NCBI RefSeq assembly: GCF_006345805.1
Contig: NC_043000.1
Span: 77,686,001-77,750,000 of the forward strand
Reading direction: 5' to 3'
DNA: 64,000 nt
Source of the DNA: Octopus sinensis
Lineage: Eukaryota
The notes under the pieces were generated by a model. The model did not search any database and had not been told where the DNA came from. It was given only the letters and a program-made list of their open reading frames with translations. The position numbers and the translations under genes were made by a program. Below, in pieces: positions 1 to 13,175 of the stretch (position 1 is the stretch's first letter; each line of letters begins with the position of its first letter).

Positions 1-621
1 ACTTGCCCTATGATAAAAACTGGTGGGAACGCAAACCACCTCCAGTACTTGAAAATGATCACATATTACTCCTCTGGAACTTCACCATTCAAACTGACAG
101 AAAGATAGGTGCAAATAGGTCAGACATTATATTGAAAGACTTCAGACAAAAATCATGCCTCCTCATTGATATGACTGTCCCAATCGATATAAACGTATTT
201 GTCAAGACCTACCAAAACTGAGCACGTATAAAGCTCTTGAAATAGAAATTAGTAAACTGTGGAACCTGAAGACTAAAACAATACCTGTTGTCGTAGGTGC
301 CCTAGGAATGATAGCAAAAGGGGCTGATTGCTAGCTCAGATACCAAGAAACCCCAAAATGGCAGAAATTAAAAAGTTAGTGCCCATAGGAACTGTCCATA
401 TCCTACATAAAATACTGACTATGTAATCTCAAATTTTAAAACAAACACATAATTTTCTTATGGTTTCTTAAACATTCTCAAGAACAATGCTATGTACAAA
501 ACCAAATATATGGCACCCAAGCTTTAACTTCTAACTTGTTGACTTTGAAGTCTCAGGGTGAGACTTGGAGCCAACTTGTACAAATGCAAAGCAAAAGTCA
601 ACCATCAAATAATAATAATAA
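1..621 (+). mobile_element. R4/Dong-like non-LTR retrotransposon, 3' end (restriction-like endonuclease remnant, 3'UTR, (AAT)n tail)
   Basis: ORF 3-221 (LLWNFTIQTDRKIGANRSDIILKD...LIDMTVP) continues after a frame disruption as SKYKALEIEISKLWNLKTKTIPVVVGALG, a typical RLE C-terminus; ends in AAT repeats at 608-621; same family as 17508-18090. Confidence 0.8.
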
Positions 622-830
622 TCTTTTCAACTATGGACACAAGGCCTGAAATGTTGGCGTGGGGTTAAGTCGATTACATCGACTCCAGTACCCAACCGGT
701 ACTTACTTTCTCGACCTCAAAATGATGAAAGGCAAAGTCGACTACGACGGAATTTGAACTTAGAACATGAAGACAGACGAAATACCAACAAACATTTCGC
801 TCGGCGTCCTAACGATTCTGCCAGCTTGCC
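622..830 (-). mobile_element. tRNA-derived SINE
   Basis: Minus strand begins ggcaagctggcagaatcgttagg...gttctaagttcaaattcc (A/B-box-like); related copies at 4851-5035 and about 25150-25260. Confidence 0.7.
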
Positions 831-1924
831 ATTTCTTTTCCGCACGAACTTTAATTTGCTGAAATAATTGGTTTATAATAAATGATTAGGAAATATAATA
901 AACTTGCGTTTCGTGAAAAACATGTTTCACTCGACAGGATTGGGAGAACAGCGACATTGTCTTCCTTTCTTCTTGTGTCACTAATTGTATATGCTATTTT
1001 CTGCTTCCTTGGTCAGAAATACTATATACAGAATATAGTATATTACTAGTTCATACTGTAGTCGATCTATAGGATCTACACTGTATACTCTTAATTCCAA
1101 GCTAGAATATAGAATGTAGAACGACATAAGGCATTTGCTGTTTGAAATATAAGACGGATGTTTCTTTAAACCCCTCCTTCTTCTTTATCTCCTCCTCTTG
1201 CCGACTGTGTAATGAGAAATTTGTGGCGTGTTGCATTGGAACAGTACTTAAAATTTGGCTGACTGAGTTGTTTTTTCCGTAATTTTCATACATGTGGATA
1301 TCCTGCTAACTATCACACCTGCCGTCTACTTATCAGGATATAAGGCTACAGCTGGGGAAAAAAGACATAGTTTATTTACACGCACACAAACATACGTGCT
1401 CACACGCACACCCGCGCTCACGCACACATGGGTGTGGATGTATGTACATATATGTTAGACGCGTATTTATGTTCATTATCCGTACGCATTTATTTTTTGT
1501 TTACTGCAAGTTATAAACCCTTCCCGATCTAATATACTATGGGACATATATCATGATATATGTAACCCATTTTTAGTCTGCCACAGTTTCGCTTATAAAA
1601 CCTATTTAAATTGTTCCTAACTTTTAGGACACTGTTTTACTATGGTTTATTGAATAAAAGAGCAGCGTTCATAAGTAGTAAGGAAGAACAAGCAAAACCT
1701 CCTTAGTTGTTTCAGTAAGAAGAATATGGCATTGTTGCACAACTGTAGACCTACTTCGAATGTTATCATCAAAGTAGATCTTACTAAAGGTAGACAATAA
1801 CCAGGTGGTGGCTTTAAGACGGGAAAGGGATTAAGCCCACCTCTCAGCAACAGGTAGAAGACATCAGACAGATTCTGTACAATTTCTGTCTAAATTCCAA
1901 GCACCATCGGAAATGCCCTGCTCA

Positions 1925-2150
1925 TGGCTATATTAGAAGTCATTTGGCCAATATGCTGCGGTTGTAATAGAATGCATTTGTCCAGTAAGCCGCAGGTTTG
2001 ACAAAAGATATTTATCTGTGAACCGCAGTGATGAAAACAGATATCTGTCCAGTGTGCCATAATTATAACGGAAGATATTTCCCGTGTTACGATAAAAGAT
2101 ATCTTCGGTGTGAGACAGTTATAATAAAAGGTATTTGCCCAATGTGCCGC
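1925..2150. repeat. Degenerate tandem array of ~30-38 bp units derived from a SINE internal segment
   Basis: About seven decayed units resembling gctatagtagaagacacttgcccaaggtgccg, a segment of the SINE at 23192-23609. Confidence 0.45.
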
Positions 2151-2930
2151 ATGGTGTGTGTTTATGTAGTTTATTAAATCCTGTCAAACAAATCCTTAAA
2201 TTATATACCCAAATTGCATTGATATTTGGAGGTATTCCTTCATATCTCTGAAGTCAGTCATCGTTCTCTTGTCGCTAGGCGGAAGCGGTGATTATAATCA
2301 CTGCTTAGGAACTCATTTTTGGTACCATAGTGATCGCAGTATGAACTGTATGGAGCCACGGTAAACTAGCATTTGATCAGTTTTGCATAGCGGGATCGAT
2401 TCTCGGTTGAGTTACTTTAAATTCACTTTAAACCAAAGTCACGGTATTTCTCTATATATTTACTCTCTCATATATCATCGTTTTCCAGTCGTCGTTGTTT
2501 AGCCATAAGTCAGCCTCAATAAAAACAAACTCACAGGGCCTCAGTAACTGTTGTTTCCAGTCATGACCATTCTCTCTTTTATTCAAACATTCTGTATCTA
2601 CGACCATATTGTCTACAGATTTTCATTAAGACGGTAGCGTGTGCCCTGAGGTAGAGTTGTTTTACTTGTGAAGTAGACCACAGCACTGAGCTGAAAACAG
2701 TTTTTGAGTTCTCACAGTTTGGCATGATAAGCGAGAGGAAATATTTCGCCTCCTCATATCTGAATATGTAGGTGGACAGGAACCATCTCAATCACCCCAC
2801 TTTTGGTATGCCTGTGGGTCTCAGTAATTCTTTGCTGTCATGTTTATAGTATGTATTAGTGTGTATAGTGTGTGGTGTGTGTATGTATGTGTACATATAT
2901 ACACATACACACGCACACACACACATTACG

Positions 2931-2981
<51 letters not shown>

Positions 2982-2987
<6 letters not shown>

Positions 2988-4234
2988 TTCATATCATAAA
3001 TAATGCGGTTTTTTCAATTGCATGAACTAAAAGTCGGCGCTGGACGGGATAAACTACATGCATCAACTTGCTATAAGAACAGGTAGTAATTTTATCGTGT
3101 CTATATTCTTAGTGCAAGCTTTGAAGAGTGCAGTTCGATTATAACAGTTATTTTTTTCAAAGCTATAATGGAAGTGACAAAGGAACATATTCGGTATATT
3201 TTGCTTTATGAGTTCAATAAAGGCAACAACGCAATGGAAAGTGCGAGGAATATTACTGCAGTGTATGGGGATCGGAGAATATAAGCCAGTGATATTGGTG
3301 ATTCCAGAATTTCCGAGCCGGGAACTACGGAGACGAGCCCCGTCCTGGAAGATCTGTGGAGCTCGACAAAGACATCCTGCAAACCCAGGTGGAACAAAAT
3401 CTCATCATAACTGTTGAGAAATTAGCAGAGAAGCTTGGATGTAGCTATTCAACAATTGAGCAACACCTGCGTAACATCGGAATAGTCAGCAAATTGGATC
3501 AATGGGTTCCTCACAAACTTTCCGAATCTAATCGCGAGCAGAAAGTGAATGTGTGCTCTTCTTTGCTGTCACGTCTCACGAATGAACCTTTTTCGCATCG
3601 AATAGTGACTGGTGATGAGAAATGGGTTCTCTATAAAAATGTCAAGTGCCGAAGACAGTGCGCAGGGAAAAGAGAAACACTGGCACCCCAGGCTAAAGAA
3701 GGTCTTCACCCACGTAATATGTTGTTATCTGTTTGGTGGGATATGAAAGTATTTGTCCACTTTAAACTTTTAAACCCAAACTAAACGACAATAAAGGAGA
3801 CCTACTGCGAGCAGCTTGAGCGGCTTAAGAAGCGCTAGAAGAAAAATTACCATCTCTGGTTTCAAGACTAAAGGTGTTCTTCCATCAGGATAGTGCTCGG
3901 CCACATACAGCGGAGTTGACATTCCAAAGACTGGAGCAGTGTGAATGGAAAACGATGCACAACCCACCATACTTGCCGGACATTGCCCCATCTGATTATC
4001 ATTTATTCCGCAGTCTTCAAAATCATTTAGACAGAAAAATTTGAATTCTGTAGTACTGGAGGAGTATTTTTCGCCAGGGACAAGTGAATTTTGGAAGAGA
4101 GGCCTTCCAGATAGATGGGAGAGCACTTTAGCAAATGAAGGAGGATATATTTTAGATTAAAAAAGAACTTTGTTTAACTTAAGTTTGATAAATAAAAGAT
4201 GAAAAAACTGCAATATTTATGGGATGACTTAATA
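2982..4234 (+). mobile_element. Mariner DNA transposon, full-length but with a disrupted transposase
   Basis: 33-bp imperfect TIRs at 2982-3014 and 4202-4234 (about 26/33 match) with TA ends; ATG at 3168; motifs WVPHKL, IVTGDEKW, HQDSARPH, PYLPDIAPSDYHLF; stops and frameshifts present. Confidence 0.93.
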
Positions 4235-4523
4235 CACACACATACACACATATATATGCATGTATGTGTATATGTGTGTGATCACCACTCCAATTTTATA
4301 TTGGAGTAAATTGTTGAGTAAGTGTTGTTGTTGTTATTTCTGCATGTCTATGTTTGCATGCGCGCACGCGCATTTTAGAGCGAGAGTGGCGAAAGAAAGA
4401 TAACGTTTAATGTGTGTAGGTTGTATGGCTGTGTTTGTTTTCGTCAATGTGTATATGTTAATATTTACCATTCCCATGCTATCTTATCAATGCTTTAATT
4501 TCCTCAAACCGATAAACAACATG

Positions 4524-4578
<55 letters not shown>

Positions 4579-4850
4579 GCACACACAAAAAACAAACACA
4601 TACACGAAGACAAGTGCATTATTATATTCTACTTGCACTTACACAGAGATATGGCACCGAATATAATGCATGCAGGCCTTTATGCATTCACTCACACACG
4701 CACACACACATACAAACACTCACACACAAGAAGAATTTTGTTGTATGGGAAAACGTAAGAACATAACAACAAAGTATTTTATTGTTGGTAGTGGTTTTGG
4801 TGATAATTAATGCTGTCAGTGCAATAGAAAGTTAGATATATTATTATTTC

Positions 4851-5035
4851 GGTGGCAAGCTGGCAGAATTCTTTAGTGGCATTCCTCCCGATTCTTTACG
4901 CCCCGACTTCAAATTCTGCCGAGATCGACTTCCCCTTTCGTGTTTTGAGAGTCGATAAAATAAAGTACCAGGGTCGATGTAATCGACTAACCGCTTCCTC
5001 TAAAATTACTGACTTTCCTACTAAAATATGAAACA
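4851..5035 (+). mobile_element. Degenerate tRNA-derived SINE
   Basis: ggtggcaagctggcagaat head and gtcgataaaataaagtacc...gtcgatgtaatcgact body; matches the family at 622-830. Confidence 0.6.
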
Positions 5036-5229
5036 ATTACTATATGTAGCGAATTTAAAGATTTATCCAGGTTTTCACTGTACTCCTGTGATATAGGGGA
5101 ATATGCAATTTTGTGTTTAGACGTTGTAGTTTCTATTATATTGAAACTACTCTAATATGTACAGTATTTTGTTGCGCCGGTTTTTTTTTTTGTTGTATAA
5201 AACTTAGGGTTTCTGTTATGTATTTGTAT

Positions 5230-5410
5230 GTAAGTATGTTAATCATTCTCAAGAGATGTGTACTATTACAGATATTTGTGGTTTTAGGCTTCCACAATCT
5301 GGTTATTTCCATTTCAGGATCTTTATATTTCGAAACTTTCTTCATTTCTTTTGGAGGCACATCTTTATCCGCTGAGACTGACACTTCGATTAATAGGTAC
5401 TCTCTTTCAT
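5230..5410 (-). mobile_element. R4/Dong-like LINE endonuclease fragment
   Basis: Minus-strand peptide EYLLIEVSVSADKDVPPKEMKKVSKYKDPEMEITRLWKPKT within ORF 5136-5471. Confidence 0.7.
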
Positions 5411-6099
5411 TACATCTTTGACAACGGTATTGGGTGTTTGGGGTTAAACTCTCCAAACTAAATAGCTTCACATATCACAGTACAGGGCCTCCGTGTCACG
5501 GTTGGAGACAATGGTTGATGTATGCTTGCACCACATATTAGCATGGCCACAGCTCGTGAGCTGAAACTAGATAAGATAAAAAAAAAAATTAAAAAAAGGT
5601 CAAACTCTGTCCTGCTAGTAAACGAATCCTTTCTTGGCTAAGACCGGGCAACTTGTAACAGTCTAATTAACTGTTTCTTCCCACCTACAAATATATTGCA
5701 GTTTCAACATTCTACTTCGTTACATACTTAGGCCCGTTTTTGGTGGGGAAGCTTTTATCTTTTGCTACCATCATCGTTATTATTAATATTCTTGTCCTCT
5801 TCCTTCCCATCATTATCCTCCTCTTCTTCTTCCTCCTCCTCCTCCTCCTCCTCCTCTTCATCATCATCATCATTTTTTTTATTGGTAAAGAAAACGCTTT
5901 GAAGTATTTAGATATGTTCTGAGTTCAGACCCCGCCAGGAGATATGTTGTAATTCATTCTTCGGGTGGTGGTGATATAAGGCAAAAGTCAAATACTGATG
6001 TTCATATAATCGAAAGCACCCCACCTCTAATGTTTGAGAACTTGTGCATGAGAACTTGTACCTTAATTTATTTGGTCTGTGATTCAGTTTGCAGCAGCT

Positions 6100-7080
6100 G
6101 ATCTTACCTGTGTATATTCTTGAATGGTTGGCTGGTCCTGTATCGTTGTTAGAAGTTTATCCTATGTTTTTTTATGTTTAAGTCGTAGTCACTTTTATAT
6201 TTTTGATTTCTTAAATTAGGGAGTTGAACAACTGAGGACCTCTAAATATCAGTTTGGTACAGTAAAATATTTTTGATCGTCACTTCGACGGTGATAAACT
6301 GACAGTATCTACCAATCATGCATTAGAATTCTTTCTAATGCTGAAATTTGGAACAAGCACCTCCAAGATTTTCCATACATATATGATAGTATATATCTCT
6401 CTTCATCGTTTAAGAGGGTAGAGACCTTAGCATTCAGACGTTCTCTGTAATTAAGGTTATTAACTGAAGTTATTTTACTGTTGAACGTTCTTTATAATCC
6501 TTCAATATCTTCAATGAGACCGGATGAGTTTGCAGACAAAGCTATGAGCAGTAATCTAATCTGTTCAGAACTAAGGTTTTCCATAGAGTCAGCATAACTT
6601 TCGCAGGATCCATCTTATGAGATGTGTGCATTTGGTGATCGGTTTGATGATGTGGCTGTGGAAAGATGCATTATTTGGCATAGTTACTCATAAGTCCCGT
6701 ATGTCATTAATGGTCTGAAACATTGTGTTATCTGGTATCAAATAATACAGAACATGAAATTTTTATGTATTAAATTTCATATTGCTTTTATTAGCTCATT
6801 AATAAATGAGGTTTAGCTTATTTTGGAGTATGACGGCATCTTCTGAAATTTGGATAACCATCGATATTTTTGTGTCGTCAGCATGACCCGTCACGTTGAC
6901 TGAGTGAGCTTGTGAGCTTACACTTGATCGAATGATGATAATAATGGTTCTAGAACTGTGCCTTGAGGTATACTAATTATTACAGGTGATTTTGCAGAGA
7001 GAAAAGTGCTTGCAGCAACGGAGTGATTCATACCGCGAAAGAAGTCAAAGAGTCATTCTCCGAGTTTTCCAGTAATCTCA
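6100..7080 (-). mobile_element. Highly decayed CR1/L2-group LINE (RT C-terminal half)
   Basis: Manual translation: IPQGTVLEP (about 6944-6973), HADDTK (about 6869-6886), KTLVLNRLDYCS, NLNYRERLN, GPQLFNSL; many stops, so absent from the ORF track. Confidence 0.75.
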
Positions 7081-7826
7081 AGGTTCACAGTATAAATCAC
7101 AGTATGTGTGTGTATACTGACTAACGCATACGTTTCCACAATTCTCAACTGATTTTCACTAAACTTTACACACATATTACTTACGTCCCAAGGATGATCA
7201 TGCACTATAACATTTTGTCCAGAGCTCCCAGGTAAAAGGACAAACCAGGGAAAACGGTGGTTTACACGGGTCTTTCTCTAATTCGTTGTATGTACATTGT
7301 TTTTTGTATGTAAGGTCTTCCATACTTTTTAAAATCTATATGGTCTATATGGTGATTTTCACATTTTTAAAATTATTTATTTATATGTTTCAATCGTGTA
7401 TTATTACTTGGTAGGAAAATATTATAATAGTGAAAGGATTTTGTCTATCTATCGACTGTCCACCTGCGACGGTGATTAGATTGACTAGGAACACTGTACG
7501 CGATGAATATCCAATACCAAACACTCTTAAATTCCACATTTAAATTGCATTAAAATTTAGCAAGCTTACCGTTACCTTTTGTGAGTTACTTAAAAGGTGA
7601 CGTTCCCTTCCCTTTCTTCTATTTGTTGATACATTTGTTTACCTACCAATGCATATTCAAGGCAGTATTCGTGAACTGAAGTCAAACTCTTCATGTCTTC
7701 ATTTTTAGTTACCTGAAGTCAATTTCAGAGTGGTCGTACACAGTAAACACGTAGCAAATACATTCCTTTAACTCTACTTTTTCAAGTAGGTATTTTATTG
7801 CCATTTTTGAATGTACAAATCATACA

Positions 7827-7890
<64 letters not shown>
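7827..7890. repeat. (CT)n microsatellite
   Basis: Direct reading. Confidence 0.95.
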
Positions 7891-7893
<3 letters not shown>

Positions 7894-8273
7894 AAAAAAG
7901 AAAAAAACTGTTTAATAAAATGAATTTGCAGAGGAGAAGTTTTAACATCTTCCTTCAATTTCCTTACACCATTTATGTGGCTATTTCTGACGAGAAATTT
8001 CGCTTTTATATAAAACAACTATATTTTGTAGTCATTATCCGTAATCTACTCACAAAACACTTCAGGGACTCTACTTTGCATCACTTGCAAACTTGTATGT
8101 TCTATGATCATTAAAGTGCAAAGACCTCCAGAATAACCAACCTTCAATTTGGTTTTCTGTTCCTAGGTTAATCGGAAACATATGCTACTCATAAACCTTT
8201 TCTGTAGGTCAATCATTTAGTGAAAAACATACCACCAAAGCAACTTAAACCGCCCAAAGGACGGATGTGTGTG

Positions 8274-8337
<64 letters not shown>

Positions 8338-8390
8338 AACACACACACTCACATATATAAAGTAAAGTCAATCATCTCATCAAAGTAGTT

Positions 8391-8558
8391 GTTCCATAGT
8401 ACTACTAGTTTAACCCCAAGCAGAGCTTCTGTCGCTGCACCATTTATATTGCTAGCAGGGAGAGCAATCTCCTACCATCCTCTACCAGACAACAGGATCG
8501 CACCAATAACCAGCTGGCGGAAGATCAGCCTGGGGTTAAACTAGTAGTAACATGGAAC
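8391..8558. mobile_element. MITE-like element with 39-bp inverted ends
   Basis: 8391-8429 and the reverse complement of 8520-8558 match at 34/39 positions. Confidence 0.55.
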
Positions 8559-8792
8559 AGTCACTTTGTGGTGGCAATTGACTTTACATTTTAGTATAGT
8601 TACAACTCTGATCTCCTCTTGCGATTTTACAGCTAGCTATGTAAATACGTATATATATATGCTTCCTGATGATTTCTTCTGAATGAAACAGTTCTAGTCC
8701 TGTAGAAGCTCCTTCTATGAAATAAATTAATTTACTCTGCTATGTATTGAGTACCTTATTTACTGTGGTTAACCCCGACTCAACCCGGGACC

Positions 8793-8847
<55 letters not shown>

Positions 8848-8879
8848 GTATATATATATATATACGTATATATATATAC

Positions 8880-8917
<38 letters not shown>

Positions 8918-8952
8918 TATATACGTATATATATATATATATTATATATATA

Positions 8953-9114
8953 GGCGCAGGAGTGGCTGTGTGGTAAATAGCTTGCTTACCAACCACATGG
9001 TTCCGGGTTCAGTCCCACTGCGTGGTACCTTGGGCAAGTGTCTTCTACTATAGCCTTGTGACCAAAGCCTTGTGAGTGGATTTCGTAGACGGAAACTGAA
9101 AGAAGCCCGTCGTA

Positions 9115-9180
<66 letters not shown>

Positions 9181-9338
9181 GTGTGTGTGTGTGTGTGTGT
9201 GTGTGTTTGTCCCTCAACATCGCTTGACTATCGATGCTGGTGTGTTTACGTACCCGTAACTTAGCGGTTCGGCAAAAGAGACTGATAGTACTAGGCTTAA
9301 AAATGAATAAGCTCTGGGTCGATTTCTTCGACTAAAGG
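8953..9338 (+). mobile_element. tRNA-derived SINE (octopus-type) with internal (TA)n/(TG)n
   Basis: ggcgcaggagtggctgtgtggtaa...ggttcagtcccactgc head and ccttgggcaagtgtcttctactatagc core; many copies in the window. Confidence 0.85.
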
Positions 9339-9470
9339 CTGATTAATCTTGAGATTGCTCCAATCTCGTCAGCCCCAAGGAAAAACTAAGCTAACAACAT
9401 TAAATTTCTTGGAATACGAAAACAAGGACGGAAAATCAGACGATGTTACACTAATATAAATACAAAATAC

Positions 9471-9510
<40 letters not shown>

Positions 9511-9578
9511 TCTAATGCTCTTAGCTTAGTTTTTCCTTGGGGCAGGCCAGATTGGAGCAATCTCAAGATTAATCAGCC
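9337..9578. repeat. 66-bp inverted repeat enclosing an (AAT)n tract
   Basis: 9337-9402 versus 9513-9578 reverse complement, 61/66 identical. Confidence 0.85.
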
Positions 9579-9660
9579 GAAATTGCATGGATGATCCGGT
9601 TCGTTCTTCCCTGGATCTTACGCACACACATAGATATATATATATTCTTTTATTAGTTTT

Positions 9661-9898
9661 CTTTTATTTGTTTTAGTCCTTTGACTGCGGCCTTGCTGAA
9701 GCATCGCCTTTATTGGAACAAATCGACCCCAGGACTTACTCTTTCTAAACGTAGTGCTTATTCTGTCGGTCTCGTTTGCCGAACCGCTAATTTATAGGGG
9801 ACGTAAACACACCAACATCGGTTGTCAAGCGATGGTGGGGGACAAACACAGACACACAAACATACATACGCGCGCGCGCGCACACACACACACACACA

Positions 9899-9936
<38 letters not shown>

Positions 9937-10020
9937 CGACTGGCTTCTTTCAGTTTCCGTCTACGAAATCTACTCATAAGGCTTTGCCCAGGGTGCCACG
10001 CAGCGGTACTGAACCCGGAA
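9661..10020 (-). mobile_element. tRNA-derived SINE, partial
   Basis: Reverse-complement similarity to 8953-9338 and to 23192-23609. Confidence 0.8.
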
Positions 10021-10177
10021 CATATATATATACTTATATACGTACATGCACACATATGCATGCACGCGCACGGACACATGCACACATGCACACAAAAACG
10101 CACTCACACACACATATATATACATACATACATATATATATATTATATATATTATATATATACACACAGACATACAT

Positions 10178-10263
<86 letters not shown>

Positions 10264-11168
10264 GGATGGCCGCCTAACTTACTTTATCAATTTCATTGGA
10301 TCTCTTACCAATATTATGTATGAACGTGGTTATTACGTTAAGTTATGGAAGTCCTGAAACTTTAGTCGAGTTTCTTGTTTCTTTTTTCTCTCTTCTGTAA
10401 TCTGTATCTTGTATTTCATGTAAGTATACATCTCAAGTCTACCGCTGTTTATCTGCCTTTCTATCTCCATAACAGCTCGGTAAAGGTTATTTTTATTGCT
10501 AACTTTCGATGCTGAGATGCTTGGGCAGGATAAAGTGGCTGGAGTTTAACTCCCCATCTACTTGAATCTTATTTTGTGCTACCTATACCATTTTATTTTG
10601 CTCTTTCACTTACTTGCAGTGTGTGTGTGTGAGTGTGTGTGTGTGTGTGTGGTGTGTGTGTGTGTGTGCGTGCGCGCGCGAGTGTGTGTCTTTGTGCAAG
10701 TATTTTCCTCCACCGTCACTTGACAACTGGTGTCGGTATTGGTCTGTTAGTAATTTTTCTTATATGCCTACTGGTCTAGGGCTTACCTAGAATTGAATAG
10801 CAATAAGAACAAAAAAAACAACAAAAACAACGCAAGGACATTTGCGACAGAAAGTCCTATTTCCTAATTATTCACAATAAAACAACAACAACAACAACTA
10901 TTACTACTACTACTAGGGATAGTATGATCATGTCATGTTAACAAAAATGTCATCATGCAAAAACGTCATTAATGGCAATTAATGATTAATTAACTTTAGA
11001 TAGAGAGAAAGGGATAAAAGCAAACAGACAGATAAGCAGACATACACGCTGACGCAATAAACTGACAACTGTACTTAGAGACACTGAGAGATAAATAAAT
11101 GAAGGAGTGTTACAAGTAGAGACAGGCTAAATATTTATCTAACTAGTTAGCTAGCGAGCTATGAAGTA

Positions 11169-11672
11169 GATGATTTAGTTCATCATTACTCGGAGTATTT
11201 TTGTCTAGGCGTTCATTCAGGTTTACTTTCATTCTCTCTTAGAATTTCTTTTCACTGGAAGATTTGAACTGCCCGAAGCATCTATCAAATCAACACCCAG
11301 TGACTGGTGCAGAACAGAGATGTTTTAATAGTGAAGTAATCATTTGCAGCTGAATGGCCTGGTCATACACACTGCACAATACTGAGAGCTCCCAAATATC
11401 TAATTCTCGGGTGGTTGTTCCCTGACCTACCGACTCGACTATTTATGGGTATAGTCAATTGAAGATATATTCTGGTCGTACCTAGTAGTAACTTAATGAA
11501 TCCAATGAGATGAAAGACAAATATATTCCCGGCGAGGTTCTGGTCTCGACAATGTGACCTCGACAGAACACAGAGAACGAATAGAAATAATTAAAAAAAA
11601 AACTACTGTGATATATTTTTAGTGTGCCACTCTGCAATCCTTGTACAAGCGTTCACATCACGGTGACTACTG
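11169..11672. repeat. Donor copy of a 503-bp segment duplicated at 14589-15091
   Basis: Direct repeat with about 9 differences in 503 bp. Confidence 0.95.
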
Positions 11673-12786
11673 CCATAAATTTTCAGTCAACTAAAATAAA
11701 ATTATTTTCACTGTTTCTAAAATGATTCCCAAATTACTCTCCCAAGGTTTCAAATTCTTTGTTGCTTGCTTGATTTAAGGACTAACAAAAAGTTTTATAA
11801 AGGAACAAAATATCAATAACCGAACCCATTGAGATTTGAACTTAGAATTCACATGTAGGAAATTTGGTGCTATTTGCTATTTAACTCTGTCGTTTTCACT
11901 GCTCAACTGATCTAAGCTCTTGACATTATTCAGAAACTAGTTAGCTACTTAGAATCATATAGATGAGGTCAACTACCAAAAATTGGATCAATTTTACATT
12001 GAACGATAAAATAAGAAAAGAAAGCCCGTTCTGGTTTAAAACGGAAACGAAGTGAATTTCTTCGACGCCATCTTACTGTTTAAAAATCACTTGGAAAACT
12101 AAAAGAGCTTGCTTACAAAGACATCAGCATTCACTACATTCTTTCGATAGTGTTCCTTTCAGTCGATCAGTTAATCTATACAGAATGATATCGGTGATGA
12201 GACAGCTACAGTATACGTAAGATAACATAACAACAAAATAAAATAAAATAAAATAAAAGGCAAAAGAGAATAGAAAATTAGGTATTTATTATAGCGTCTT
12301 TTGTATATGAGAATTTCAGTGGATTTTTCTGGCTGTGTCATCGACATTTACAAATTGCCAGCTATCATGCAGACAACATTCATACTGTATAAAGTCGGAA
12401 GGAGATGATAGAATTACAGCAGACTTTCATGCTAAATGTTCCACTAAAAGTTTACTGTAAAATACAAGCTAAGTAAATAAAGAAACAGAAGCATGTTGAA
12501 AAATGTGCTATGTGTGCATTTCATAGTTTTCGTTATTTGATTAATGGCTCGGTGTACATAAGATCAAATTCAATGATACATTTTTCTTGCAAACCTTTAC
12601 ATTCGGCGTTCAAATTCTACTAAGATCGTCGTTGCTTGTCTCTCATCGATCCCAGATTGATAAAGAAAAGTAACATACAAAAGGTGATGTCGCTGTGATC
12701 AATTATACCCGAAATTTGTGGACTTGAGCTTATGTTCGAAATCATCATCATCATCACCACCATCATCATCATCATCTTTATTATTA

Positions 12787-12832
<46 letters not shown>

Positions 12833-12981
12833 GAGTGAGAGAGCAGTGCATGCCATCAAAGTGACACTGGGGTAAAATATACGAAGCCCAATATACCCAT
12901 CATGACTACCCGTCTGATAAGGGTACACCAGGCACATGCATCACAACCATATGTGCGCGACATGGTGATCTCATATCAAGA

Positions 12982-12982
<1 letters not shown>
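12833..12982 (-). mobile_element. Probable LINE 3'UTR fragment between two (ATT)n tracts
   Basis: 150-bp non-repetitive block bracketed by ATT runs at 12779-12832 and 12983-13068; minus strand ends ctctctcactc(AAT)n. Confidence 0.5.
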
Positions 12983-13050
<68 letters not shown>

Positions 13051-13175
13051 CATTATTATTATTATTATTTTATGTTTGACTTTTGCTTTGTATTTAAGTT
13101 AAGTTAATTTTTTGGCTCAAAAAGCAAAAAGCAAGGCCATGTATGGGGACATGGAGTTATGTACAGGGAGGGTGT

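Noticed and set aside
1925-2150. CRISPR-like repeat-spacer array
   Set aside because: Units are highly degenerate, have no unique spacers, match a SINE segment, and the DNA is eukaryotic.
2283-2306. 24-bp near-perfect palindrome aagcggtgattataatcactgctt
   Set aside because: Short and isolated; no supporting context for a function.
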